DNA of 64,000 bases from Eubacteriales bacterium (GTDB taxonomy: Bacteria > Bacillota > Clostridia > Oscillospirales > CAG-272), in contig JAZQWB010000005.1 in NCBI GenBank assembly GCA_045632145.1, positions 23,949-87,948 on the forward strand, written 5' to 3'. The notes beneath the pieces were generated by a model that was given only the letters and a program-made list of their open reading frames with translations, had not been told where the DNA came from and did not search any database. Of this stretch, positions 8,875-17,812 are shown piece by piece. The translations under genes were made by a program, and so were the position numbers. The stretch's first letter is position 1; each line of letters opens with the position of its first letter.

Positions 8875-11286
8875 TTACTTGGTGGGCTTAATAGACTGCT
8901 CAAACGCCTTGTTAGCCTTGCTGTTGCTGAAGAAGTGCTTAATCACTCTGCCGAAGCCACGGAAGAAGTGACCGTTAACGATGAAGAGGATATCGTCAAC
9001 CATCTGACGGCTTACCATTCCACCTGCCATCTTGCCAATCGCACGGAAGGGCATATTGTAGATGAAGAGGATGTTAAGGTCGGGTGTACCCTTAGCCTCA
9101 GACTTGTTCTTCATATTGGTCAAAACCTTGTAAAGAAGTCTTGCAAGAACAGATTTTGCATAGTAAAGTTGACAAATTGCGTCATTTTCCTTCAATTCGC
9201 CGCTCCAATGACCGTCGGGAATGGGACGACCGAGAAGAGTCTCAAAGTCCTCATCGCTTACGTTTGCAACGTTACCTGTGCGATAGCACTCGGGTGCGGG
9301 AACGGTTGCAGCCTTACCTGCAACGTGAATGGTCTCGGAAAGCTTAACGTCGGTAGCGCTTGCTGCTACGCAGATCTCGTAATCAGCATCCTCAATCTCC
9401 CAAGCGTTGCTCTGTACGTCGAAGTAACGGAATGCCTTGTCATCAAGGGTGATAGTAACCTGCTTGCTCTCGCCTGCCTTAAGCGCAACCTTCTTGAAGC
9501 CCTTAAGCTCCTTCTTAGGTCTGGAGATAGCGCTGTTCTTGCAAGCAACGTAAAGCTCTGCAACCTCGGAGCCGTCACAGCTGCCGGTGTTGGTAAGAGT
9601 GAAGGTCACGTCATTGCCGTTGATAGAAAGGTCGGAATACTCGAAGGTGGTGTAGGAAAGGCCGTAGCCGAAGGGATAACGTACAGACATATCAACTGTG
9701 TCATAGTAACGGTAACCAACGAAGAGACCCTCGCGATACTCTGCGGTAAGCTCCTTAGAGGGGAAGTAATTGAAGGAGGAGTTATCCTCAAGCTTGTGAG
9801 GCCAGGTCTCATTAAGCTTACCGGAGGGATTAACCTTACCAAGAAGTGCATCAGCCATAGCGCCTGCGCCTGCCTGACCGCCAAGGTAACCGTGGATAGC
9901 CGCTCTGTAAATACTTCTCTGAGGCATAACGAAGGGTGCACCGCCGAAGAGAACGAGAATAACGTTGCTGTTAACCGCGCAAACCTCGTTGATAAGTGTC
10001 TTCATGCTCTCGGAGAGGTCCATATGTAATCTGTCCATACCCTCGGACTCGAGAATTTCCTCAAGACCTACGCAAAGGAGTACCTTATCTGCATTCTTTG
10101 CAACCTCAACCGCCTCAGCAATAAGCTTCTTAACGGGGTGAGGATTCTTTCTGTCATAGCCCTGTGCATAGCCGGTGATGTTAAGTCTGCTTTCAAGGTT
10201 GTCGTAAAGGTTATCCATCTTGGTGGGGTTAACCTGAGAGGAGCCTGCGCCCTGATATCTGGGAGCCTTTGCGAAATCACCGATAACGGCAACGCTCTCA
10301 CCCTCTGCAAGAGGAAGGATGCCGTCGTTATCAAGAAGAACAATGCTCTCCTCTGCACACTTACGTGCGATAGCATGGTGAGCCTCAACGTCAAAGGACT
10401 TCTCTGCCTTAGCAACAGCCTCGTGAGTCTCGAATACAACCTTAAGAAGCTCGCTTACGCGAAGATCAATGGTAGCCTCGTCAATCTTGCCTGCCTTAAG
10501 GTCCTCAAGAAGACCGATAGCACAGTCAGGACCGGGTGCGGGCATTACAAGGTTACAACCAGCCTTTACACCCTCGGTATGATCGTTATCTGCACCCCAG
10601 TCGGTTACTACGTAACCGTCAAAGCCCCACTCCTTACGGAGAATGTCGGAGAGGAGGTGCTCGTTTTCGTTAGCATAGGTGCCGTTTACCATATTATAAG
10701 CGGACATGATGGACTGTGCGTGTCCTTCCTTAACAGCCATCTCAAAGCCTGTGAGATAGATCTCACGCATGGTTCTCTCGTCAACAACGGAGTCCATTGC
10801 CATACGGCGAAGCTCCTGAGAGTTTACAGCAAAGTGCTTGGGACATGCAGCAACACCGTTGGACTGAATACCCTTGGTGTAAGCAGCCGCCATCTTACCT
10901 GCGAGATAGGGGTCCTCGGAGAAATACTCGAAGTTTCTACCGCAAAGAGGGCTACGCTTGATGTTAAGACCGGGGCCAAGTACAACATGAACGTCGTTAG
11001 CAGCAGCTTCCTTACCGAGTGCGGTACCGAGTGCCTCGCCAAGCTCTACGTTCCAGGTGTTAGCCATACCTGCAGCGGTGGGGAAACAGGTTGCGGGAAC
11101 AGACTCGTTAAGACCAAGATGGTCGCCTGCACCTGCCTGCTTACGAAGACCTACAGGTCCGTCGGACATGAACATGGGGGGAATACCCTTCTCTGTAAGA
11201 TCAAGGCTGGTCCAAGTGGTCCATCCCTGAAGAAGAGCCGCCTTCTGCTCAATAGTGAGATTGCTGAGAATAGATTTGATATCCAT
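8875..11286 (-). CDS. GH3 beta-glucosidase, cytoplasmic, canonical domain order
   Basis: SDGPVGLRKQ, GRNFEYFSEDP, CPKHFA, VVTDWG, YPFGYGLSYT, Fn3-like C-terminus; no signal peptide. Confidence 0.92.
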   Translation of the reverse strand: MDIKSILSNLTIEQKAALLQGWTTWTSLDLTEKGIPPMFMSDGPVGLRKQAGAGDHLGLNESVPATCFPTAAGMANTWNVELGEALGTALGKEAAANDVHVVLGPGLNIKRSPLCGRNFEYFSEDPYLAGKMAAAYTKGIQSNGVAACPKHFAVNSQELRRMAMDSVVDERTMREIYLTGFEMAVKEGHAQSIMSAYNMVNGTYANENEHLLSDILRKEWGFDGYVVTDWGADNDHTEGVKAGCNLVMPAPGPDCAIGLLEDLKAGKIDEATIDLRVSELLKVVFETHEAVAKAEKSFDVEAHHAIARKCAEESIVLLDNDGILPLAEGESVAVIGDFAKAPRYQGAGSSQVNPTKMDNLYDNLESRLNITGYAQGYDRKNPHPVKKLIAEAVEVAKNADKVLLCVGLEEILESEGMDRLHMDLSESMKTLINEVCAVNSNVILVLFGGAPFVMPQRSIYRAAIHGYLGGQAGAGAMADALLGKVNPSGKLNETWPHKLEDNSSFNYFPSKELTAEYREGLFVGYRYYDTVDMSVRYPFGYGLSYTTFEYSDLSINGNDVTFTLTNTGSCDGSEVAELYVACKNSAISRPKKELKGFKKVALKAGESKQVTITLDDKAFRYFDVQSNAWEIEDADYEICVAASATDVKLSETIHVAGKAATVPAPECYRTGNVANVSDEDFETLLGRPIPDGHWSGELKENDAICQLYYAKSVLARLLYKVLTNMKNKSEAKGTPDLNILFIYNMPFRAIGKMAGGMVSRQMVDDILFIVNGHFFRGFGRVIKHFFSNSKANKAFEQSIKPTK

Positions 11287-11415
11287 AGTTAGCTTTCCTT
11301 ATCTTTTTATTGTCAGATTAGACAAATTTTTTTACTTTTACATAAGTATACGTATAAATTTTAACATAAAGTAGCGAATTTTTCAATAGGAAAATAAGAT
11401 TTTTTAAAAATATAA

Positions 11416-11442
11416 AAAACGGCCCTTACAAAGAGCCGTTTT
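11416..11442 (-). terminator. Intrinsic terminator of the sdpR-sdpI-CPBP operon
   Basis: aaaacggc-ccttacaaaga-gccgtttt hairpin. Confidence 0.6.
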
Positions 11443-11445
11443 AAA

Positions 11446-12201
11446 TCAGATGAAAATTATCCAGATAAGCTTGGATACTACGTGAATGCCTGCGTGGGCA
11501 AGCATTGAATACTGGATACCGTGCTTACGGTAAAGATAACCCAAAGCAAGACCGAATCCTCCGTTCATAAGGAAGCAACGAAGGACGATCATCGGTGTAA
11601 GACCGATAGTCATAGCGGTGGCAGGCAAATGGCCCAAGGAAAAGAGAATTGCCGCGATGATATTGGCGATGATTATATGCTTTTCATCTATGCTTTCCTT
11701 ACGGGAGAATTTCCACAAAAGGAAGGCTATAAGCGACATAAAGAAGAGGCGAAGCATTACCTCCTCAACCACAGGAGCATAGGTAATACAGCTTATAATG
11801 TAAACCAAACTTAGCTTTACGGCATAAGAATCCCTGATTACGTCAGAAAAGTTACCGAAGATGAAGTAGTCAGGAATGATGAAAAGAATACCGCCTATGA
11901 CAGATACAATAAGGGTGAGTATAATAGGATTTTTCTCAAGCTCCCATCTTTTCCAAAGGCCTATTTTCTCGGCTAAAGCCTTTCCCAAAAGACCAAGCAC
12001 AACGCTATAAACAACCGACTGAATTGTGGAAATCAGTATCACAATATCAACAGAGCCCAGCGAGGAAACAGTCTCCTCAAGCATGGAGGGATCAAGGCTT
12101 TCAAGTGCGTAGAGGGAGGTGAAATATCCGCCTACGAGTCCGAATATGAACAGGAAAATTATAAGCCTTAAATTACTCCTCAGAAGGCTAAGAATTTTCA
12201 T
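11446..12201 (-). CDS. CPBP/Abi (CAAX-like) intramembrane glutamic protease
   Basis: EEVMLR, FSLGH and HAGIH motifs; multiple TM helices. Confidence 0.85.
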   Translation of the reverse strand: MKILSLLRSNLRLIIFLFIFGLVGGYFTSLYALESLDPSMLEETVSSLGSVDIVILISTIQSVVYSVVLGLLGKALAEKIGLWKRWELEKNPIILTLIVSVIGGILFIIPDYFIFGNFSDVIRDSYAVKLSLVYIISCITYAPVVEEVMLRLFFMSLIAFLLWKFSRKESIDEKHIIIANIIAAILFSLGHLPATAMTIGLTPMIVLRCFLMNGGFGLALGYLYRKHGIQYSMLAHAGIHVVSKLIWIIFI

Positions 12202-12886
12202 TTTCCTTCTCCTTCTTATATGTCACGTATGCGTATACACTCATTACAACGGTAGAAGCTACCATAAGACAAAGCATAATTACCGCGGCAATAAAGCCCT
12301 CGAAGATCAAGCCGGCTACAATAATGAGCGCACCAACTATCATACCCAGAATACCTGCAAAAAGGTTGGATTTGCGCCAGGTATTTTCGTTATAAACAGT
12401 CCAGGGCAGACGGAATCCAAGCATAGCATTGATTCTGGTCTTGGGCATCAGGTTGCCCATACAAATCATCATAAGACCCATAAGCAAAACGATAAGCTTT
12501 ACAACGTCAATCTCGGGGAGTGTGCTTACTTCCAGATTGGCGAAGGTTATATAGATAACACCGAAATTGGCAAATGCCATAATGGCATAGGTGATGGTAA
12601 GAGTTTTGCTCAAGGTCTTTTCGTTATTTTCCGCGTCACTCTTAAGCTTTCCGTCATCGCTACCCTCTACCCTTTTGGTAAAGAAGCCGATGCTCTTGTC
12701 ACCGACAATCCAGATTAAAGCAAGGGTCGCGGGTAGTATGAGCATCTCGTACTTTGAGCCCCATCTGTCAACCTCTCCATGTATATCAAAATGCACGGGA
12801 ATAATGTCGGGCAAAAAGACCATTGCAGCAAGAGTTGATGCAAAAACAAGCATAATAAGTATTAAATTGACAACTTTAGTTTTCAT
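12188..12886 (-). CDS. sdpI: SdpI-family immunity membrane protein (DUF1648 + SdpI)
   Basis: LPDIIPVHF..G.VDRWGSK; GN.MPK..N...GFRLPWT..NE.TWRKSN. ATG 12886 has a GGAGG RBS. Confidence 0.85.
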   Translation of the reverse strand: MKTKVVNLILIMLVFASTLAAMVFLPDIIPVHFDIHGEVDRWGSKYEMLILPATLALIWIVGDKSIGFFTKRVEGSDDGKLKSDAENNEKTLSKTLTITYAIMAFANFGVIYITFANLEVSTLPEIDVVKLIVLLMGLMMICMGNLMPKTRINAMLGFRLPWTVYNENTWRKSNLFAGILGMIVGALIIVAGLIFEGFIAAVIMLCLMVASTVVMSVYAYVTYKKEKENENS

Positions 12887-13148
12887 TTTTACCTCCAAAC
12901 TGTCCTACCCAAAGAATAAGCTCCTGTAGAACAGAAGTATTTATTTCATAATAAATGAAGTTTTTGCTCTTGTATTCCACCACAAGATCGGCCTCGCGCA
13001 GAAGCTTTAAGTGATATGAAAGAGCGGCAGGTGTAACACCCAACCTCTCGGCTATCTCACCTGCAGAAAGCCTGCCATCCTTAAGCATTTCCAGAATATC
13101 TCTTCTCTGCTTATCGGATAACACCTTAAAGATGTTTAAACTAGCCAT
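12876..13148 (-). CDS. sdpR: ArsR/SdpR-family autorepressor
   Basis: FKVLSD..RRDIL..L...LSAGEIAE......ALSYHLKLL..ADLV...K.KNFIYYE; overlaps sdpI. Confidence 0.85.
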   Translation of the reverse strand: MASLNIFKVLSDKQRRDILEMLKDGRLSAGEIAERLGVTPAALSYHLKLLREADLVVEYKSKNFIYYEINTSVLQELILWVGQFGGKNEN

Positions 13149-13158
13149 TTTCTCCTCC

Positions 13159-13236
13159 TATTTAAAAATTTCTTTAAATACATTATAGCTCATAACGCCG
13201 AAAATGTCAATAGCTATTTAAAAGTTTTTTGAAATA
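13159..13236 (-). promoter_or_regulatory. sdpR promoter flanked by two 22-bp palindromic operators
   Basis: Minus-strand TTGACA (13205-13210), 17 bp, TATAAT (13182-13187). Palindromes TATTTAAA-N6-TTTAAATA (13159-13180) and TATTTAAA-N6-TTGAAATA (13215-13236). Confidence 0.75.
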
Positions 13237-13297
13237 GTTGAAAATTCGACTTTTTTGTGCTATTATATATAGGATAATATTTTTAAGGAGAGTTTTT

Positions 13298-14692
13298 ATG
13301 AAAAAACTACTTTGTGTGCTTTTGATTATTTCCTTTGTGCTGCCTCTTGTGAGCTGTTATTTCGCAGATTTTTTCACTCCCAAGACAGACGGATACGTTA
13401 ACGGCACTCACATAAAGGAATTTTCTATCGTTTATTCCGACGAGGACACCGACTACTCCAAGAGAGCGGCCGAATATATTCAGGCTGAAATCAAGAAGTC
13501 TACAGGCTATACTCTTAAAATTGTTGAGGACAACGACAAGAAAACCGACTTCGAGATCGTTGTGGGTAACACAAATAGAGATATTTCCACAAAGCTTGAT
13601 GCAACCACCAAGGGACTTGAATTCTCCCTGATGGCAGACGGCACAAGCGTAGCTCTTGAGGGTGATTACTTCATTATCGCGGCGGCGGCATACTACTTTA
13701 TCGAGATTTATTTCAGAGCCTCAGGCCTTAATGCTACAATTCCCACCGAGGCAACCGTTCTTGAGCCTATCAAGAAGGAGGCAAAGAACTTCATTCTCCT
13801 CATCGGTGACGGTATGGGCTTTAACCAGACCAAGCTCTTCAAGCAGATGAAGAATGACGTTGTATTCGGTGACGGCGAGGATATCTTCTACGGCTATCTT
13901 CTTCCCTATCAGGGTGCGTCCAGAACCGACTCCCTCTCGGGCACCACCGACAGTGCGGCAGGCGGCACAGCTCTCTCCTGCGGTATCAAGACACTTAACA
14001 AGCACGTTGGTGTAAATGAGAATGGCGAGGCGGTTAAGAATATGACCGAGCTGGCAAACGAGCTTGGCAAGAGTGCAGGCGTAATGTCCACCGAGGTAGA
14101 AACCGGTGCTACTCCCTCCACCTTCTACGCTCACGTTGATAACAGAGATAACAAATCCCAGATTATTAAGGACGGCCTTAGTGCTTATATGAACTACGGC
14201 ACCGTTATTGAGTGCGGATATGACTATTACACCAAAAACGACGTGGCAGGAATTCTTGAAAGATACATCGAGGATACTCTCGGCGAGCTCTCTGCTGACG
14301 AAAACGGCTTCTTCCTTATGTACGAGGAGGCATACATTGACAAGCACTGTGACGATATGGATATTACCAACGCATTTAAGGCTATGGTAAGATTTAACCA
14401 GGCTATCGGCAGATTTATGGAGTTTGCATTCTACAATCCCGAAACATTTATCCTTATCACCGCAGACCACGAGACAGGCGACCTTCAGTATGATGACAAC
14501 GGCGTGCTTGAGTTCAACACTACCGAGCATACAAACCAGAACGTGCCCATCTTTGCATACGGCATGGGTGCAGAGCTCTTTGACGGTGTAGAGATCGAGA
14601 ATATCCAGATTTCTCATACTATCGCGGCTCTTATGGGCTACGATAACCACGGCGACCAGAATGTATATCAGTCGCTGACAAAATCCAAATAA
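13298..14692 (+). CDS. Alkaline phosphatase-family lipoprotein with an extra N-terminal domain
   Basis: Lipobox LVSC; IGDGMG, TDSAAGGTA (catalytic Ser), TADHETG, EHT. ATG 13298 has an AAGGAG RBS. Confidence 0.85.
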   Translation: MKKLLCVLLIISFVLPLVSCYFADFFTPKTDGYVNGTHIKEFSIVYSDEDTDYSKRAAEYIQAEIKKSTGYTLKIVEDNDKKTDFEIVVGNTNRDISTKLDATTKGLEFSLMADGTSVALEGDYFIIAAAAYYFIEIYFRASGLNATIPTEATVLEPIKKEAKNFILLIGDGMGFNQTKLFKQMKNDVVFGDGEDIFYGYLLPYQGASRTDSLSGTTDSAAGGTALSCGIKTLNKHVGVNENGEAVKNMTELANELGKSAGVMSTEVETGATPSTFYAHVDNRDNKSQIIKDGLSAYMNYGTVIECGYDYYTKNDVAGILERYIEDTLGELSADENGFFLMYEEAYIDKHCDDMDITNAFKAMVRFNQAIGRFMEFAFYNPETFILITADHETGDLQYDDNGVLEFNTTEHTNQNVPIFAYGMGAELFDGVEIENIQISHTIAALMGYDNHGDQNVYQSLTKSK

Positions 14693-14697
14693 ACATA

Positions 14698-14735
14698 AAA
14701 AGGGCTGTCCAAACGGACAGCCCTAAGCTTTTTTA
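14698..14735. terminator. Bidirectional terminator between convergent genes
   Basis: agggctgtcc-aaac-ggacagccct hairpin with A/T tracts on both sides. Confidence 0.75.
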
Positions 14736-15752
14736 TTATGCGAAATTGGGAAGAACTACAAACTGCAATACACAGTATGCCGCATAGATGCAAAGAAGGC
14801 TGATGCCCTGCCATCTGCGAAGCTTACCTGTAATGATTGTAGGAATAGTCATAATACCCATTACAAGGAATACGAGGGGAATGTCGAATACGAAGGATGC
14901 ATTCTGACCAAGGAAGGTCGCCTCTGCAGGAACCTCGAAGGGATTGATGGTAATTGCAGCACCCGATACAAGAACAAGATTGAAGATGTTAGCACCGATG
15001 ATGTTACCGAGAGAGAGTGCACCATGACCCTTCATAAGAGAGGTGATTGCGGTTACAAGATGGGGAAGAGACGTGCCGAGAGCTACGATGGTAAGAGAGA
15101 TGATGGTCTGGGGTACGTTAAGTCTCTCTGCAATAAGAATAGCATTGTCAACAAGAAGGTCTGCGCCAACTGCGATTACAATAGCAGAAAGGATAAGCAT
15201 ACCGATGTCCTTGATAAGACCGAGGTTAGATTCCTTCTCGGGAAGCTCACAGTCAAGTGCCTCTTCCTCATGCTCTTCCTCAGAGGGATTCTTCTTCATA
15301 TTGATAACGTTGATGATCATATATGCAACGAAGCCGCAGAGAAGAACGATACCCATCCAAAGATCGAACTTGCCGAAGATGTAAGCGTTAAGTGCATAGA
15401 ATACTGTTGCACCGAAGAAGAAGCATACGGGGAAGATAAGCGACTTTCTCTCCGCCTTTGCAGGCTTGATAGCGATGGTGATCGCTGCAATAAGAGAGGT
15501 GTTACAGATAATAGAGCCGATAGCATTACCGTAAGCAACTGCGCCGCTACCGCTTGCCGCACCGATAGCAGAGGTCATAACCTCGGGAAGTGTGGTACCG
15601 ATAGAAACTACGGTTGCACCGATAAGAAGCTCGGGCAGGTGGAAGCGCTTTGCAATACCTGTAGCGGCATCTACAAACCAGTCGCCGCCCTTGATAAGCA
15701 GGATGAAGCCGAATGCCAAGAGCCAGATTTCGTTAGGAATAAAATCAAACAT
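14736..15752 (-). CDS. Calcium/sodium antiporter (CaCA, YrbG-like)
   Basis: Two alpha repeats, GTTLPE..GNAIGSIICN and GTSLPH..GNIIGANIFN; about 10 TM helices. Confidence 0.88.
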   Translation of the reverse strand: MFDFIPNEIWLLAFGFILLIKGGDWFVDAATGIAKRFHLPELLIGATVVSIGTTLPEVMTSAIGAASGSGAVAYGNAIGSIICNTSLIAAITIAIKPAKAERKSLIFPVCFFFGATVFYALNAYIFGKFDLWMGIVLLCGFVAYMIINVINMKKNPSEEEHEEEALDCELPEKESNLGLIKDIGMLILSAIVIAVGADLLVDNAILIAERLNVPQTIISLTIVALGTSLPHLVTAITSLMKGHGALSLGNIIGANIFNLVLVSGAAITINPFEVPAEATFLGQNASFVFDIPLVFLVMGIMTIPTIITGKLRRWQGISLLCIYAAYCVLQFVVLPNFA

Positions 15753-15778
15753 TTTTGTTTCTCCTTATATATTTATTT

Positions 15779-16381
15779 TTAAATAAACGAGGTAATAAAG
15801 ATCTCCAGACCGATGAAGATAAGGATCGCGCCACCGAAGATCGAGGACGTGCCGGCAAATACAGTACCGAACTTTTTGCCAAGCTTAACACCTGCAAAGC
15901 AGATACCGAAGGTGCTCACGGCAATAATCAATGCGCAAACGATTGCCTCTATAAGTGTGTGGTCGGAAATGGTAAAGCCTACAGAAAGCGCGTCGATAGA
16001 GGTTGCTACGCCCTGTAGCAGAAGCACAGAGATGCCAAGCTTCTTGGGCATGGGACACTCGGTGCCGCCCTCGCTCTTACATTTATATTCCTGAATACCC
16101 TCATAAAGCATCTTGCCGCCTATGTAACCGAGCAGAGCAAGTGCAATCCAAGGAATAAACATCTCAAAGGCAGAAAAGACGGTGGCCATGGTATGAACGA
16201 ACACCCAACCGATGAAGGGCATAAGGCCCTGAAAGGCACCGAATACGCCCGCAACGCCAAGTCCCTTTTGGTTAGACATATCAGGCTCGTTAAGGCCGTT
16301 GGCAAGAGATACCGAAAAGGCATCCATAGCAAGTCCTACGCCAAGTAGAATGCTGTTAAAGAAGAAAAGAAAGTCGAACAT
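15779..16381 (-). CDS. mntP: Manganese efflux pump MntP
   Basis: LAMDAFSVS and ATSIDAL motifs. Start at ATG 16381 (RBS GAGGA), downstream of the riboswitch terminator. Confidence 0.92.
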   Translation of the reverse strand: MFDFLFFFNSILLGVGLAMDAFSVSLANGLNEPDMSNQKGLGVAGVFGAFQGLMPFIGWVFVHTMATVFSAFEMFIPWIALALLGYIGGKMLYEGIQEYKCKSEGGTECPMPKKLGISVLLLQGVATSIDALSVGFTISDHTLIEAIVCALIIAVSTFGICFAGVKLGKKFGTVFAGTSSIFGGAILIFIGLEIFITSFI

Positions 16382-16397
16382 ATCTATCCTCACATAA

Positions 16398-16425
16398 AGA
16401 AAAAAGTATGACCGCGCGGTCATAC
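16398..16425 (-). terminator. Riboswitch expression-platform terminator
   Basis: Minus strand GTATGACC-GCGC-GGTCATAC-TTTTTT just before the mntP RBS. Confidence 0.8.
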
Positions 16426-16462
16426 CCCAAATATAAAGACGGGATCATGTAAGCTCGCGCAA

Positions 16463-16549
16463 TACATGAGTCTCGCGATTTAATCCAAGCCAGACCGCAA
16501 GGTCAGGATGTTGACTTGGCACGCAAAGGCGCTCGCTACTCCCTCATAC
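16463..16549 (-). ncRNA. yybP-ykoY (Mn2+) riboswitch
   Basis: Minus strand ATGAG-GGAGTAGC...GTCAACAT...GGC...GCGAGA-CTCAT with a P1 pairing; lies upstream of mntP. Confidence 0.88.
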
Positions 16550-16556
16550 GTGTGGT

Positions 16557-16585
16557 ATTATAGCACATAAAAAAACATTTGTCAA
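16557..16585 (-). promoter_or_regulatory. Sigma-A promoter of the mntP operon
   Basis: TTGACA-17 bp-TATAAT with TGn extended -10. Confidence 0.85.
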
Positions 16586-16627
16586 GAGTTTTTTTGATAA
16601 AGAAAAGGGCGGATAACCGCCCTTAAT

Positions 16628-17707
16628 TTAATGTATAAACATTGCATCACCAAAGGAGAAGAATCTGTATTTTTCATCAACTGCGATTTTATAGGCATTC
16701 ATAACGTTCTCCTTGCCTGCGAGGGCGCTGATAAGCATAATAAGAGTGCTCTCGGGCAGATGGAAGTTGGTGATAAGTGCGTCAACCGCCTTAAACTGAT
16801 AGCCGGGATAGATGAAAATAGCGGTTTCGGCATTCATAGGATGCACAAGTCCGTCGGGTGTGGATGCACTCTCAAGCACGCGGCAGGAGGTCGTTCCTAC
16901 GGCAATAATGCGTCCACCGCCCTCACGTCTGCGGTTAATCTCATCTGCAACCTCACCGGAGATGTGGAAATACTCGCCGTGCATCTCGTGCTCCTCTATC
17001 TTATCCACCTTTACAGGACGGAAGGTGCCAAGTCCAACGTGTAGGGTGACCTCACCGTAGCCAACGCCCTTTGCCTTAATTCTCTCAAGCAGCTCGTCTG
17101 TGAAATGAAGTCCTGCGGTGGGAGCAGCGGCAGAGCCCTCCTCCTTGGCATACACGGTCTGGTAATCATCCTTGTTTTCAAGCTTCTTGGTGATATAGGG
17201 AGGCAGAGGCATATTGCCTATTGCATCAAGCACCTCGTAGATATTCTTATATTTTTCGGTGTCATACTCGAATTTCACCGTGCGGTTACCACCCTCAACG
17301 ATAGAGGTGACGGTGGCGTGAAGAATGTCCGAAAAATTAAAGCTTGCACCCACCTTGGCTCTCTTGCCTGGACGTACAAGGGTTTCCCACTCACCGTTTT
17401 CAAGCATACGGAGAAGGAGAAGCTCGATGTCTCCTCCTGTCTTATCGGTCTTGCCAAGGAGTCTGGCAGGGATAACCTTGGAGGAGTTTACAACAAGCAT
17501 ATCCTCGGGGTTAAGGTAATCTATGATTTCGCGGAAAATCTTATGCTCCACCTCACCGCTTTGGCGATTAAGGGTCATAAGTCGACAGCCGTCGCGCTCG
17601 TCGCTGGGTGACTGGGCAATAAGCTCCTCGGGGAGATCGTAATAAAAGTCACTGGTCGACAGAGTTGTGGCAACGCGCTCGTTTAAAATCTTCTGTTTAT
17701 TATCCAT
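16628..17707 (-). CDS. queA: S-adenosylmethionine:tRNA ribosyltransferase-isomerase
   Basis: [44 protein letters not shown]. Start set at ATG 17707 (RBS AAGGA). Confidence 0.95.
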   Translation of the reverse strand: MDNKQKILNERVATTLSTSDFYYDLPEELIAQSPSDERDGCRLMTLNRQSGEVEHKIFREIIDYLNPEDMLVVNSSKVIPARLLGKTDKTGGDIELLLLRMLENGEWETLVRPGKRAKVGASFNFSDILHATVTSIVEGGNRTVKFEYDTEKYKNIYEVLDAIGNMPLPPYITKKLENKDDYQTVYAKEEGSAAAPTAGLHFTDELLERIKAKGVGYGEVTLHVGLGTFRPVKVDKIEEHEMHGEYFHISGEVADEINRRREGGGRIIAVGTTSCRVLESASTPDGLVHPMNAETAIFIYPGYQFKAVDALITNFHLPESTLIMLISALAGKENVMNAYKIAVDEKYRFFSFGDAMFIH

Positions 17708-17812
17708 TTTATCCTTTTTAGTCGTTCCTTCATATATTATAGCAGAGATATTATACAACAAAAGAGTGTATAAATCAAGACGTGAAGGAAATTTTTATCG
17801 GGATAGACCTTT

